This document shows, piece by piece, positions 50,751-60,875 of a DNA stretch of 64,000 nt (position 1 is the first letter of the stretch; each line of letters begins with the position of its first letter). The translations under genes and the position numbers were made by a program. This stretch comes from Terrimicrobiaceae bacterium (GTDB lineage Bacteria > Verrucomicrobiota > Verrucomicrobiia > Chthoniobacterales > Terrimicrobiaceae): contig JBGSVZ010000035.1 of assembly GCA_041752695.1 (NCBI GenBank), positions 96,001 through 160,000 on the forward strand, given 5' to 3'. Under the pieces are notes generated by a model. It saw only the letters and a list, made by a program, of their open reading frames with translations, searched no databases and was not told where the DNA came from.

Positions 50751-52850
50751 TTAGGGCTGCGCGGCCTGGATGGCGGTGAGCGCGATGGTATAGACAATGT
50801 CCTCAACCAAGGCGCCGCGGGAGAGGTCGTTCACCGGCCGACGCAGCCCCTGCAACATCGGACCAATGGAAATGACATTGGCGCTTCGCTGCACCGCCTT
50901 ATAGGTGGTGTTCCCCGTATTAAGATCAGGAAAGACAAAGACCGTGGCGCGGCCCGCCACCGGACTGTCCGGCGCCTTCTTTTGCGCCACATCCGCAATG
51001 GCCGCCGCATCGTATTGCAGCGGACCGTCGATCACCAGATCAGGACACTGCTCCTTGGCCAGCCGGGTCGCTTCGCGCACTTTATCGACGTCCGCCCCCG
51101 TTCCGCTCAGGCCGGTCGAGTAGGAGATCATCGCCACCCGTGGGGGGATGCCGAACTGCCGGGCCGATTCCGCACTGAGGATGGCCACCTCCGCCAGTGT
51201 GGCGGCATCGGGATCCTGCAACACCGCGCAGTCCCCATAGACTACCGCCTGATCGGGGAGGCACATGAAAAAGATCGATGACACCGCTGTCACTCCGGGC
51301 TTGGTTTTGATCAGTTGCAGGGCCGGGCGCACCGTGCTGGCGGACGAGTGAACCGCCCCCGAAACCAAGCCGTCCACCTCCCCCTGGGCGAGCATCATGG
51401 TCCCGAGAACAACGTCATCCTCCAACTGCGAAGCCGCCGCCTGGGGCGAGAGGTTTTTGTGTTTCCGCAACTGCACCATGGGTTCGATGTAGTTGGCGCG
51501 CACCGCCCCGGCATCCATCACTTCGACGCCTTCCGGGAGGTCGATTTCCTGCGCAGCCGCCACGCGGTGAATTTCCGCGGGATCGCCGAGCAGCACACAA
51601 CGGGCGATGCCGCGGGTCGCGCAGATCGCCGCGGCCCGGATGGTGCGCGGCTCACTGCCCTCGGGAAGAATGATGCGTTTGTGGAGCGCCCGGGCTTTTT
51701 CCGTGAGGCGAAAACAAAAGGCCGCGGGAGAGAGACGCGTTTCCAACTCGCGCTTGCTGCGTTCTTCGATCCATCCCGGATCAATGTGCTCGGAGACAAA
51801 ATTCATCACCCCTTCGATCCGCTGCAGATCGTCCACCGGGACCTCGCCGCTCATGGCGTTCAGGCGCGTCGCCGTGTCATAAGAATTCGTCCGGACGCGA
51901 AGGACCGGCAGGCCGGTCGCCCAACCGGGACGACACAGGGCAAACACCCGTTCGTCCATCTCCGTGTCACCGGTCAGCACCAGTCCCGCAATCGGAATGT
52001 CACTCACCGCCGCCATCGCCGCCGCCATCAGGACATCGTCGCGATCGGCCGGAGTCACCAGAATATTTCCCGGACGAAACGTGTGCATCATGTTCGGCAC
52101 CTTACGGGCCAGGAGATGAATCTCCCGCACCCGGCGATGATCCATCTGTCCCGCCGAAAGCACCTCGGCGTGGAGGTGACGAACCACGTCCCGGGTCCGG
52201 AATTGGGTGAGCTTTTCATTTTCGGGAATGACCGCGACCAATTCCGGCAACGCGTCTCCCAGCGCCTGATACAGCTCCCGGCAGCGATCCGTGGCCTTAT
52301 AGACGGACTCCCCATCGTCGAGCGGCAGGCGATTCAGGATGCAACCCACCACCCGCGATTCCGAACCGTTGGCATATGCGCGCATGGCAAACTCGATCTG
52401 CCCGACCAGGGCGGGACCAAGCCCCTCAGCCGCACTGGCGACCAGCAAAACTTCTGCGCCCAGAGTGCGAATGAGCTCGGCATTCAGCGGCCCGATAAAA
52501 GGATCCTCCATCGTCGCAACCAGTCCCTCGACAATCACCATGTCCGCGTCGCCGGCCGACTGGTGGAAGTTTTTCATCACTCGTCGCATCAAGTCATCCG
52601 ACACGCCCATCATCCCCACCGCATCAGCCAGCGGGATCGGGTCCACCGGCCGGAGCGCGGTGGTGGCACGCACAAAATGCGTCGAGCGTTCGGGACCGTG
52701 ATCGGTCGCGCCAGACTGCCCGACGGGTTTGAAGAAGCCAACGCGCAGACCCCGGCGTTCGAGGGAGCGCAGGAGACCGAGGGAGACGGAAGTGAGCCCG
52801 GCGCCGCGAGAGATTGGGGCAAGGAAGAAGGTGCGTTTCATGGATTTCAT
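50751..52850 (-). CDS. pta: Phosphate acetyltransferase (long form)
   Basis: GLTSVSLG, RIILPEG, DGPLQYDAA, GNTTYKAVQR, NDLSRG. Confidence 0.96.
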   Translation of the reverse strand: MKSMKRTFFLAPISRGAGLTSVSLGLLRSLERRGLRVGFFKPVGQSGATDHGPERSTHFVRATTALRPVDPIPLADAVGMMGVSDDLMRRVMKNFHQSAGDADMVIVEGLVATMEDPFIGPLNAELIRTLGAEVLLVASAAEGLGPALVGQIEFAMRAYANGSESRVVGCILNRLPLDDGESVYKATDRCRELYQALGDALPELVAVIPENEKLTQFRTRDVVRHLHAEVLSAGQMDHRRVREIHLLARKVPNMMHTFRPGNILVTPADRDDVLMAAAMAAVSDIPIAGLVLTGDTEMDERVFALCRPGWATGLPVLRVRTNSYDTATRLNAMSGEVPVDDLQRIEGVMNFVSEHIDPGWIEERSKRELETRLSPAAFCFRLTEKARALHKRIILPEGSEPRTIRAAAICATRGIARCVLLGDPAEIHRVAAAQEIDLPEGVEVMDAGAVRANYIEPMVQLRKHKNLSPQAAASQLEDDVVLGTMMLAQGEVDGLVSGAVHSSASTVRPALQLIKTKPGVTAVSSIFFMCLPDQAVVYGDCAVLQDPDAATLAEVAILSAESARQFGIPPRVAMISYSTGLSGTGADVDKVREATRLAKEQCPDLVIDGPLQYDAAAIADVAQKKAPDSPVAGRATVFVFPDLNTGNTTYKAVQRSANVISIGPMLQGLRRPVNDLSRGALVEDIVYTIALTAIQAAQP

Positions 52851-54031
52851 TTCAAAAAGGGTTCTGTCTGCAGCGCGATGGCCCGTTCTTCGCTGGTGGG
52901 CACAACCAGGCCGGTAAGAGGAGAGGCGTCCGAGGTGATCCGTCCCTGCGAACTCCGGCCGTGCTGGGCATTGCGGGTGTCGTCCAGTTCGGGACGAAGG
53001 ATTTGCAGGTGCTGCAGGGTCCGGGCGCGGACGAAGGAGTTATTTTCGCCAATGCCTCCGGTGAAAACCAGGGCATCCACGCGGTCCAGACCGGCCGCCA
53101 TGCCCAGCAAGCCTTTCGCTAGCCGGTAACAAAACAAATCCACCGCTTGGGTGGCCTGACGGTACCCTTCACCTGACGCTTGAAGAACGGCCCGCATGTC
53201 ATTGCTCACCCCGGAGACCCCCATGAGTCCGCTCTTATGATTGAGCATGCGGGCGACTTCTTCAAAGGGCATTCCGGAGACGCGGCGCAGGTAGGGAAAG
53301 ATGTTTGGATCCACATCGCCACTCCGCGTGCCCATCATCAGGCCTTCCAGCGGCGTGAGTCCCATCGTGGTGTCGGCACTCCGACCCTCCCGCACCGCAC
53401 AGGCGCTGCATCCATTGCCCAGGTGCGCGGTGATGAGGTGCAGATCGGTCAGCGGGCGGCCCAGCATTTCCGCCGCCTGCGCCGCCACGTAGGCATGACT
53501 CGTCCCGTGGGCCCCGTAGCGCCTCACCGCGTAGCGTTTGTACATCTCCAACGGCAGGGCATACATCCAGGCATGCTCGGGCATGCTTTGGTGGAAGGCG
53601 GTGTCGAACACCGCGACGTGCGGCACCTCGGGAAAAAACTTCCGCGCCAGCCGGATGCCGAGGGCGTGGGCCGGATTGTGCAGCGGGGCGAGATCGCGGC
53701 AGAGTTCGATCTTGGACAGGACATCGTGATTAATCAGCGTGGCTTCGCTAAAAAATTCCCCGCCGTGCACCACGCGATGGCCCACCCCCTTGACGGGAAG
53801 GGGCCTGCCGAGGCGATCCTCTAATAGCTCCACCGCCGCCGCCAGCGCGGCCTGATGGGTGGCATGGGGGTATTCCGCGGAGCCCGTCTCTCCCTGGATT
53901 TTCCACCGACCGCTGGCCTCCGGGCGTCCCAGGCGTTCGAAGATACCCTCGGCGAGAAAAACGCCGCCGTCGAGCAGGGCAAATTTCAGCGAGGAACTGC
54001 CGCAATTGATGATGAGAATCTCCCGGGCCAT
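52847..54031 (-). CDS. ackA: Acetate kinase
   Basis: INCGSSSLK, GHRVVHGG, APLHNP, FDTAFH, FTGGIGEN. Confidence 0.97.
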   Translation of the reverse strand: MAREILIINCGSSSLKFALLDGGVFLAEGIFERLGRPEASGRWKIQGETGSAEYPHATHQAALAAAVELLEDRLGRPLPVKGVGHRVVHGGEFFSEATLINHDVLSKIELCRDLAPLHNPAHALGIRLARKFFPEVPHVAVFDTAFHQSMPEHAWMYALPLEMYKRYAVRRYGAHGTSHAYVAAQAAEMLGRPLTDLHLITAHLGNGCSACAVREGRSADTTMGLTPLEGLMMGTRSGDVDPNIFPYLRRVSGMPFEEVARMLNHKSGLMGVSGVSNDMRAVLQASGEGYRQATQAVDLFCYRLAKGLLGMAAGLDRVDALVFTGGIGENNSFVRARTLQHLQILRPELDDTRNAQHGRSSQGRITSDASPLTGLVVPTSEERAIALQTEPFLK

Positions 54032-54038
54032 GTGATCG

Positions 54039-55031
54039 TTATACCCTCCACCCCTGCAAAATCCGCATGTAATTAGCGCGCTCAAACGCGGCGGGATCCG
54101 GGCAGTGCGCCAGGCTCAGCGAGCCGCGCAGTTGCTCCAGAGAGGCATACTCGTGTTCGTCCATCCAGCGCACCACACCCTCCAGGACCGTGCCCAGCCA
54201 CTCGGGCCCGCGTTTCAGCAGGGCCGAAACCAACTGCACCACGTCCGCCCCGGCCATGATCGCCTTGACCGCATCCTCGCTGGTATGCACCCCTCCGCTG
54301 GCGGCGAAGGAAAGATCCGCCACGCCGTGCAGAATGGCCAGCCAGCGCAGACGCAGACGCAGTTCCGACCGGTCGGACAACTGCAACGTCGGGAGCACCT
54401 CGAGGTTTTCGATATCGAGGTCGGGTTGATAAAACCGGTTGAACATCACGATCCCATTGGCCCCGGAGTCGGCGGCGCGCTGCACGAAGTTGGGAAGGGA
54501 CGAAAAGAAGGGCGAGATTTTCAACGCGATGGGCAGCGAGACGCTTTTGCGCACAAACCGGAGCATCTGCAGGGCATCACTTTCCACCGAACGCGCGGAG
54601 CGCTGGGGATCGGTCGCGATATCATAATAGTTCAATTCGATGGCATCGACCCCGGTGCTCTCCAGATGCGCCGCGTATCCCGCCCAGCCCCCTGGAGTGG
54701 CGCCATTAAGCGAAGCAATCACCGGAACTTCCACCGCCTCCTTCACCCGTCGCAGTTGCTCCAGATATTGATCCGGCGTGAGCGCGTAGTCGTCGGGCTC
54801 GGTGAGAAACGACATCGCCTCACTAAAGGAGTTTTCGTGGCTGGCGACGTGCGTTTCATAAGCCCTTTCCTCCAGGGTGATTTGCTCTTCGAAAAGCGAA
54901 TGCATCACGATGGCGGACGCCCCCGCGTCCTCCAGACGGCGGACGAGGTCAAGATTGTCCACCATCGGGGAGGCCCCCGGCATGAGAGGGTTTTTGAGCG
55001 TGAGCCCGAGGTACGTGGTTTTCAGGTTCAT
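54039..55031 (-). CDS. Dihydroorotate dehydrogenase-like flavoprotein (PFOR-associated type)
   Basis: YLGLTLKNP, SLFEEQI, FNRFYQPD, ASGGVH; ATGA overlap with PFOR stop. Confidence 0.88.
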   Translation of the reverse strand: MNLKTTYLGLTLKNPLMPGASPMVDNLDLVRRLEDAGASAIVMHSLFEEQITLEERAYETHVASHENSFSEAMSFLTEPDDYALTPDQYLEQLRRVKEAVEVPVIASLNGATPGGWAGYAAHLESTGVDAIELNYYDIATDPQRSARSVESDALQMLRFVRKSVSLPIALKISPFFSSLPNFVQRAADSGANGIVMFNRFYQPDLDIENLEVLPTLQLSDRSELRLRLRWLAILHGVADLSFAASGGVHTSEDAVKAIMAGADVVQLVSALLKRGPEWLGTVLEGVVRWMDEHEYASLEQLRGSLSLAHCPDPAAFERANYMRILQGWRV

Positions 55032-58000
55032 GAGACGGGGGCGGGTTGTTCGGTCAGTCCCGCCATCTGCTGGAGGACCTTCCAATGGTGATCGGCTTCC
55101 TGCTGGGACGCGGCCTGCAGGTCTTTAAAACGCACGGGATCGGATTTTTCGATGATGCGAAAACGCAGTTCGTTGGCGAGGTAGCGGGCAACCGGAACCT
55201 TCGGCGCCCCGCTGTCCAACTGCAGGGCGGGTTTCCCCTGGTCGGCGCGACGGGGATCAAAACGATAGAGCGGCCAGGTGCCGGAATCCACCGCCAGCTT
55301 CTGCTGATCGAGCCCCTGATGCATGGCATAGCCATGCGCGATACAATGGCTGTAGGCGATGATCAGCGACGTGCCGGGGTAACTTTCCGCCTCTTCGAAC
55401 ACCTTGAGCGTCTGGGAATCCTTTGCGCCCATCGCCACGCGCCCCACATATACCGATCCATAACTCATGGCCATCAACCCGAGGTCCTTCTTGGGCCGCG
55501 TCTTGCCCGCGACCGCAAACTTCGCGCTCGCGCCCAGCGGGGTGGATTTCGACGACTGACCGCCCGTGTTGGAATAGACTTCGGTGTCGAGCACGAGGAT
55601 GTTGACATCACGGCCGAGGGAAAAGACGTGATCAAGTCCACCGAAGCCGATGTCATACGCCCAACCGTCGCCACCGACGATCCAGACGCTTTTGCGCACC
55701 AGGGCATCGGCCAGCGCGGCCAGCCGTCGGGCGGCGGGTTCATCCAATCGCACGAGCCTTTGTTTGAGTTGAGCGATGCGCTCACGCTGGGCGGCGATGC
55801 CGGCCTCAGTGTGCTGATCGGCCCCGAGGATCTCGGCGACCAATCCATCGCCCACCTGCGGCGCGACCTCCCGCAGCAACTCGCGCGCGGCCTCCTCCTG
55901 CTTATCAAGGGCGAACCGCATCCCCAGACCGTATTCGGCATTATCTTCGAAGAGCGAGTTCGACCACGCCGGGCCGCGCCCGCTGGCATTGGTGGTGTAA
56001 GGGGTGGTGGGAAGATTGCCCCCGAAGATGGAGGAACAGCCGGTGGCGTTGGCGATCACCGCGCGATCACCGTAGAGCTGGGTCAACAGCTTCAAATACG
56101 GGGTCTCGCCGCACCCGGCACACGCGCCGGAGTATTCAAAGAGCGGCTCAAAAACCTGACTGCTCTTCACCTCGGCGCGCAGGCTGGCACGGTCGGGATT
56201 GGGCAGACTGAGGAAAAACTCGTAATTCCGCCGCTCCGTCTCCCGCAGCGGGGGTTGCGGGGCCATATTGATCGCCTTGCGACGCGGGTTGGTTTTGTCC
56301 TTCACCGGACACACCTGGACGCACAGCGTGCAGCCCGTGCAGTCCTCCGGCGCCACTTGCAGGGTGTATTTCTGACCGGGAAAATCCTGCGACCGGAAGG
56401 GCGCCGAAAGAAACTCCGCCGGTGCAGTGTCGAGGAATTTGGGTTCGTAAAATTTCGGCCGGATGCAGGCGTGCGGGCAGACCAGCGAACATTTGTTGCA
56501 CTGGATGCAAAGGTCCGGTTCCCAAACGGGAATGACGTCCGCGATGTTTCGCTTCTCCCATTGGGACGTCCCGGTCGGCCAGGTTCCATCCACCGGAAAG
56601 GCACTCACCGGCAGCAAGTCTCCCTTGCCGGCCAGCATCATCGCGGTGACACGCTTCACAAAGTCGGGCGCGTCGTCCGGCAGGGCCCCCGCCAGCACGA
56701 CCGCCGCAGGGTCCCCGGCGGGAATGACAATTTCGTGCAGCGCGGCCAGCGTTTGAACGACCGCGGCAAAGTTCTGCTGCACGACCTGATCGCCCTTGCG
56801 GGCGTAGCTCTTGCGGATCGCATCCTTGATTTTCGCAATGGCCTCCTCACGCGGCAGCACGCCGGACAGCGCAAAAAAGCACGTCTGCATGATCGTATTG
56901 ATCCGCCCGCGCATGCCGCATTCCTGCGCGACCTTGGAGGCGTCGATCACATAACACTTCAACCCTTTCTCGCGGATCTGCTCGCGTGCCCCGGCCGGCA
57001 GTTGATCCCAGACTTTATCAGGCGAAAACGCGGTATTGAGTAACACAGTCGCACCCGTGTCTGCGTACCCGAATACGTCATACAACCCGAGGAAATGAAA
57101 ATGGTGGCAGGCGACAAAATTCGCGCGGGTGATGAGATAATGCGAGGCAATCGGGCGCGGACCAAACCGCAGGTGCGAAATCGTCATCGCTCCGGATTTT
57201 TTCGAATCGTACACAAAATACCCCTGCGCGTAATTCGGGGTCTCCTCCCCGATGATCTTGATCGAGTTTTTGTTCGCACCAACGGTGCCGTCGGACCCCA
57301 GCCCGAAAAACACCGCCCGCACCACATCGGGGCTTTCGATTTCGAAGGCGGGATCGACCACCAGCGAGAGCCCGGTCACATCATCCGTGATTCCCACGGT
57401 GAAATGCCGGTGCGGCCGTTCTTTTTTCAATTCGTCAAAAACCGCCTTCGCCATCGCGGGATCAAATTCTTTCGAGGACAACCCGTAGCGTCCGCCAATC
57501 ACCACCGGCTCGACTTCGAATTCCGAAAACCCCGCCGCACGGGCTTCCGCCAGCGCGGCAATCACGTCGAGATACAAGGGCTCGCCAATGGCCCCGGGCT
57601 CCTTCGTCCGGTCGAGCACTGCAATGCTGCGCACCGAGTCCGGCAAGGCGTTGATAAAATCGGTCACCGAAAACGGCCGGTAGAGCCGCACCTTGACCAC
57701 CCCGACATGCTCGCCGCGGGCGATCAGTTCGCGGGCCGTTTCCACCGCGGTCTCCGCGCCGGATCCCATGGCCACGATCACGCGGTCGGGCCGCGGATGG
57801 CCCTCGTAGTCGAAGAGTCCATATTCCCGCCCGGTCAGCGAGGCAAACCGATCCATCAACTGCTGCACCACTTCGGGCAGGCGTTCGTAATAGCGATTCG
57901 CCGCCTCCCGGGCCTGGAAAAAGACATCGGGATTCTGCGCCGTGCCGCGGATCATGGGATGGTCCGGCGAAAGCGCGCGGGCACGAAACGCCGCCACGCT

Positions 58001-58588
58001 GCGCTCGTTCAGCATTCCGCGAAGCACTTCGTCAGGCAGCAACTCGATCTTCGCGATTTCATGCGAGGTGCGGAACCCGTCGAAGAAATGCAAAAATGGC
58101 ACCCGACTGGCGAGGGTCGCGCAATGCGCAATACAGGCCAGATCCTGCGCCTCCTGCACGGAATTCGAAGCCAGCAGGGCGACCCCGGTTTGTCGGCAGG
58201 CCATGACATCCGAATGATCCCCAAAAATGGACAACGCATGGGTGGCCAGGGTGCGCGCCGTGACGTGAAAACAAAAGGGCAGCAGCTCGCCGGCGATTTT
58301 GTAGAGATTCGGGATCATCAGCAACAGACCCTGCGACGCGGTAAAAGTGGTCGTGAGCGAACCCATCTGCAGCATCCCGTGGACCGCGCCCGCCACTCCG
58401 GCCTCCGATTGCATCTCCACCAGGCTGGGCACCGTGTTCCACAAGTTCGGCCGCTTTTTGACCGACCATTCGTCGCACCACTCCGCCATGGGCGAAGACG
58501 GAGTGATCGGATAAATCGCGATGGTTTCGCTGAGGCGGTAGGCGACCGATGCGACGGCTTCGTTCGCATCGAGGGTGGCGCATTTCAT
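55028..58588 (-). CDS. nifJ: Pyruvate:ferredoxin/flavodoxin oxidoreductase
   Basis: YPITPSS, EMQSEAG, GSDGTVGANKN, CIQCNKCSLVCP, ACAGCGETPY, GGDGWAYDIG. Confidence 0.97.
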   Translation of the reverse strand: MKCATLDANEAVASVAYRLSETIAIYPITPSSPMAEWCDEWSVKKRPNLWNTVPSLVEMQSEAGVAGAVHGMLQMGSLTTTFTASQGLLLMIPNLYKIAGELLPFCFHVTARTLATHALSIFGDHSDVMACRQTGVALLASNSVQEAQDLACIAHCATLASRVPFLHFFDGFRTSHEIAKIELLPDEVLRGMLNERSVAAFRARALSPDHPMIRGTAQNPDVFFQAREAANRYYERLPEVVQQLMDRFASLTGREYGLFDYEGHPRPDRVIVAMGSGAETAVETARELIARGEHVGVVKVRLYRPFSVTDFINALPDSVRSIAVLDRTKEPGAIGEPLYLDVIAALAEARAAGFSEFEVEPVVIGGRYGLSSKEFDPAMAKAVFDELKKERPHRHFTVGITDDVTGLSLVVDPAFEIESPDVVRAVFFGLGSDGTVGANKNSIKIIGEETPNYAQGYFVYDSKKSGAMTISHLRFGPRPIASHYLITRANFVACHHFHFLGLYDVFGYADTGATVLLNTAFSPDKVWDQLPAGAREQIREKGLKCYVIDASKVAQECGMRGRINTIMQTCFFALSGVLPREEAIAKIKDAIRKSYARKGDQVVQQNFAAVVQTLAALHEIVIPAGDPAAVVLAGALPDDAPDFVKRVTAMMLAGKGDLLPVSAFPVDGTWPTGTSQWEKRNIADVIPVWEPDLCIQCNKCSLVCPHACIRPKFYEPKFLDTAPAEFLSAPFRSQDFPGQKYTLQVAPEDCTGCTLCVQVCPVKDKTNPRRKAINMAPQPPLRETERRNYEFFLSLPNPDRASLRAEVKSSQVFEPLFEYSGACAGCGETPYLKLLTQLYGDRAVIANATGCSSIFGGNLPTTPYTTNASGRGPAWSNSLFEDNAEYGLGMRFALDKQEEAARELLREVAPQVGDGLVAEILGADQHTEAGIAAQRERIAQLKQRLVRLDEPAARRLAALADALVRKSVWIVGGDGWAYDIGFGGLDHVFSLGRDVNILVLDTEVYSNTGGQSSKSTPLGASAKFAVAGKTRPKKDLGLMAMSYGSVYVGRVAMGAKDSQTLKVFEEAESYPGTSLIIAYSHCIAHGYAMHQGLDQQKLAVDSGTWPLYRFDPRRADQGKPALQLDSGAPKVPVARYLANELRFRIIEKSDPVRFKDLQAASQQEADHHWKVLQQMAGLTEQPAPVS

Positions 58589-58699
58589 GATGCCCCCATC
58601 ACACACCACCCGCGAGGCCCCCACTTCGCAGCCCTTGGCCAAAGGTGCGCAATTTTTGCGAAAAGGAAGGTCTTTGCCGATGGGTGCCAGTCTTGCATC

Positions 58700-59233
58700 A
58701 TGAAGAGAACGATGCGTTCCCGGCTGGCAAACCTCCTTCTGATGGGCGGCGCGATCTTTTTTGTGGGATCGGTCTTCTTTTCCCCACCGTTGCTGCCTGA
58801 ACGGGTGGCGAGTCATTTCGGAGGGTCCGGTGAGCCCAATGGGTGGACGACGCGCGGCTCCTATCTGTGGTCGGTCACGCTGATCGGCTTTGGCATCCCG
58901 GCTCTGGTCATCGGAGTCTGTTTCGGCATCCGGTATCTTCCGCCCTCGATGCTCAATGTGCCGCACGCGAATTTTTGGCGCTCTGCTCGGCAATACCCGG
59001 AGGCATGCAGGATCCTTCTCGACTGGTCATTTTTTCTGGGGGCGGCGAATTTTCTCTGGGCCACCCTTTTTCACGTCCTGATGGTGCGGGCCAACCGCCT
59101 GGATCCCCCCGCTCTCGCGCCCGGCCCGGTTTTTCTTCTTTCGGGCGCTTATCTCCTCATCACCGTCCTCTTGGTGCTGATGCTGGTCTTGCAATTCGCC
59201 CGACCACCAAGGGGTATCGCGCAAAGCGAATAA
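58700..59233 (+). CDS. DUF1648-type membrane protein
   Basis: LPERVASHFGGSGEPNGW plus four hydrophobic segments. Confidence 0.82.
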   Translation: MKRTMRSRLANLLLMGGAIFFVGSVFFSPPLLPERVASHFGGSGEPNGWTTRGSYLWSVTLIGFGIPALVIGVCFGIRYLPPSMLNVPHANFWRSARQYPEACRILLDWSFFLGAANFLWATLFHVLMVRANRLDPPALAPGPVFLLSGAYLLITVLLVLMLVLQFARPPRGIAQSE

Positions 59234-59331
59234 CGCCCGCCCCCGAGCGACTTCGGTGCCCGCTTCGCAAACGAGGGGGAGAGTTTGGCAAGGGGCGGAG
59301 AACTTCCCGCGTCTGACGCATTAGGTTTCCC

Positions 59332-60774
59332 GTGATGCATTTCAAAATCATTCAGGGCGGGATGGGAGTCGGCGTGTCCGGTTGGCAACTCGCCCGCGCG
59401 ACATCGTTGTTAGACTGCCTGGGCGTCGTCTCCTCCACGGGCCTGGATACCCTGCTCGCCCGGCGCCTGCAAATGGGCGACCCTGGCCGTCACATGCGAC
59501 GGGCCATGGCGCATTTCCCCCTCCCTGGCGTGGCCGAACGCGTCTTGGACACGTATTTCCTCAAGGATGGAAAAGCCAAGGACCAGCCCTTCAAACCGGT
59601 GCCGATCTTTTCCCAGCAACCCTCAAGAGCCCTGCTGGAACTGACCGTCCTGGCCAACTTTGCCGAGGTGTTCCTGGCCAAGGAAGGGCATTCCGGCCGC
59701 GTGGGAATCAATCTTCTGGAGAAAATCCAGCTCCCCACCCTGCCCTCGCTTTTTGGCGCCATGCTTGCCGGGGTGGACTGCGTTCTGATGGGGGCGGGCA
59801 TTCCGCGGATGATCCCGGGAATTCTCGACGATCTGGCCCGGGGCGAACGGACCTCGCTGAAACTCGACGTCCAGGACCTCCAACCTGGCGCGCAATTTCT
59901 GACCGAATTTGATCCCCAGGATTTCTGCGAAGGCTGCGTGCCGCCGCTCAAGCGCCCCCCCTTTCTCGCCGTCATCTCGTCGGCAACCCTCGCGATCACC
60001 CTGGCCCGCAAAGCCAATGGCAAAGTGGACGGCTTTGTGGTGGAGGGACCCTCCGCCGGCGGACACAACGCGCCGCCTCGCGGAACGATGCAACTGAGCG
60101 AACACGGCGAGCCGGTCTATGGCGAACGCGATGCTGCCGACCTCGAAAAAATCCGCGCCCTCGGCCTGCCGTTCTGGCTGGCCGGTTCGTATGGGCATCC
60201 CGACAAACTTCGCGAGGCGCTGGAACTTGGTGCCTCAGGGATTCAAGTGGGAACACCCTTTGCGTTCTGCGAAGAGTCGGGCATTGATCCCGACATCAAA
60301 CGCCGCGTCGTGGACCGCTGCCGCGAGGGAACGCTCGGGGTTTTCACCGACCCCCTCGCCTCTCCCACCGGCTTTCCCTTCAAGATCGTCCAACTGGAAA
60401 ACACCGCCGCCGTCCCCGCCCTGCGTGCCGGACGGAATCGCATTTGCGACATGGGGTATCTGCGACAGGCTTATCAAAAACCCGACGGCGCACTCGGCCA
60501 CCGTTGCTCCGGCGAACCCCCCACCATCTATCTCAACAAGGGCGGTTCCGCCCCCGACATGGCCGGCCGCGTCTGCGTCTGCAATGGCCTCATGGCCACC
60601 GCGGGATTCCCCCAGGTGCGCAAAGGCGGATACACGGAACCCAACCTGGTCACGGCCGGCGACTCGGTCTGTGATCTGGTGCATTTCATTCCGACGGGAG
60701 CGGATTGCTATTTCGCCAAGGATGTGGTCAGGCAACTTCTCGGGGCCCCTCCGCCTTCTCGGCAGGGCCAGTAA
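59332..60774 (+). CDS. Nitronate monooxygenase/2-nitropropane dioxygenase-like flavoprotein
   Basis: IIQGGMGVGVS, EGPSAGGHNAPP, GIQVGT, Cys motifs CDMGYL and CVCNGL. Confidence 0.85.
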   Translation: MMHFKIIQGGMGVGVSGWQLARATSLLDCLGVVSSTGLDTLLARRLQMGDPGRHMRRAMAHFPLPGVAERVLDTYFLKDGKAKDQPFKPVPIFSQQPSRALLELTVLANFAEVFLAKEGHSGRVGINLLEKIQLPTLPSLFGAMLAGVDCVLMGAGIPRMIPGILDDLARGERTSLKLDVQDLQPGAQFLTEFDPQDFCEGCVPPLKRPPFLAVISSATLAITLARKANGKVDGFVVEGPSAGGHNAPPRGTMQLSEHGEPVYGERDAADLEKIRALGLPFWLAGSYGHPDKLREALELGASGIQVGTPFAFCEESGIDPDIKRRVVDRCREGTLGVFTDPLASPTGFPFKIVQLENTAAVPALRAGRNRICDMGYLRQAYQKPDGALGHRCSGEPPTIYLNKGGSAPDMAGRVCVCNGLMATAGFPQVRKGGYTEPNLVTAGDSVCDLVHFIPTGADCYFAKDVVRQLLGAPPPSRQGQ

Positions 60775-60809
60775 AAGGGAGTTCCCGGCAACACCTTGGG
60801 CCGACACAC

Positions 60810-60835
60810 CAATTGCGACAATTTTGTCACAATTG
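60810..60835. promoter_or_regulatory. 26-bp palindrome, candidate transcription-factor site
   Basis: CAATTGCGACAA-TT-TTGTCACAATTG: 12-bp arms with one mismatch. Confidence 0.55.
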
Positions 60836-60875
60836 CAGAGTCCCATTACGCACACCTTTCCCCCTGGCTGAAATC

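Noticed and set aside
58640..58665. Rex/FNR-like site upstream of PFOR (TGCGCAATTTTTGCGAA)
   Set aside because: The match to either consensus is too weak to call by eye.
55028..58993. N-terminal extensions in the ORF track (PFOR to 58993, LacI from 37822, ATPase from 25886, HU to 19422)
   Set aside because: Family homology begins at downstream starts, and the extensions overlap neighbouring genes or lack any motif.
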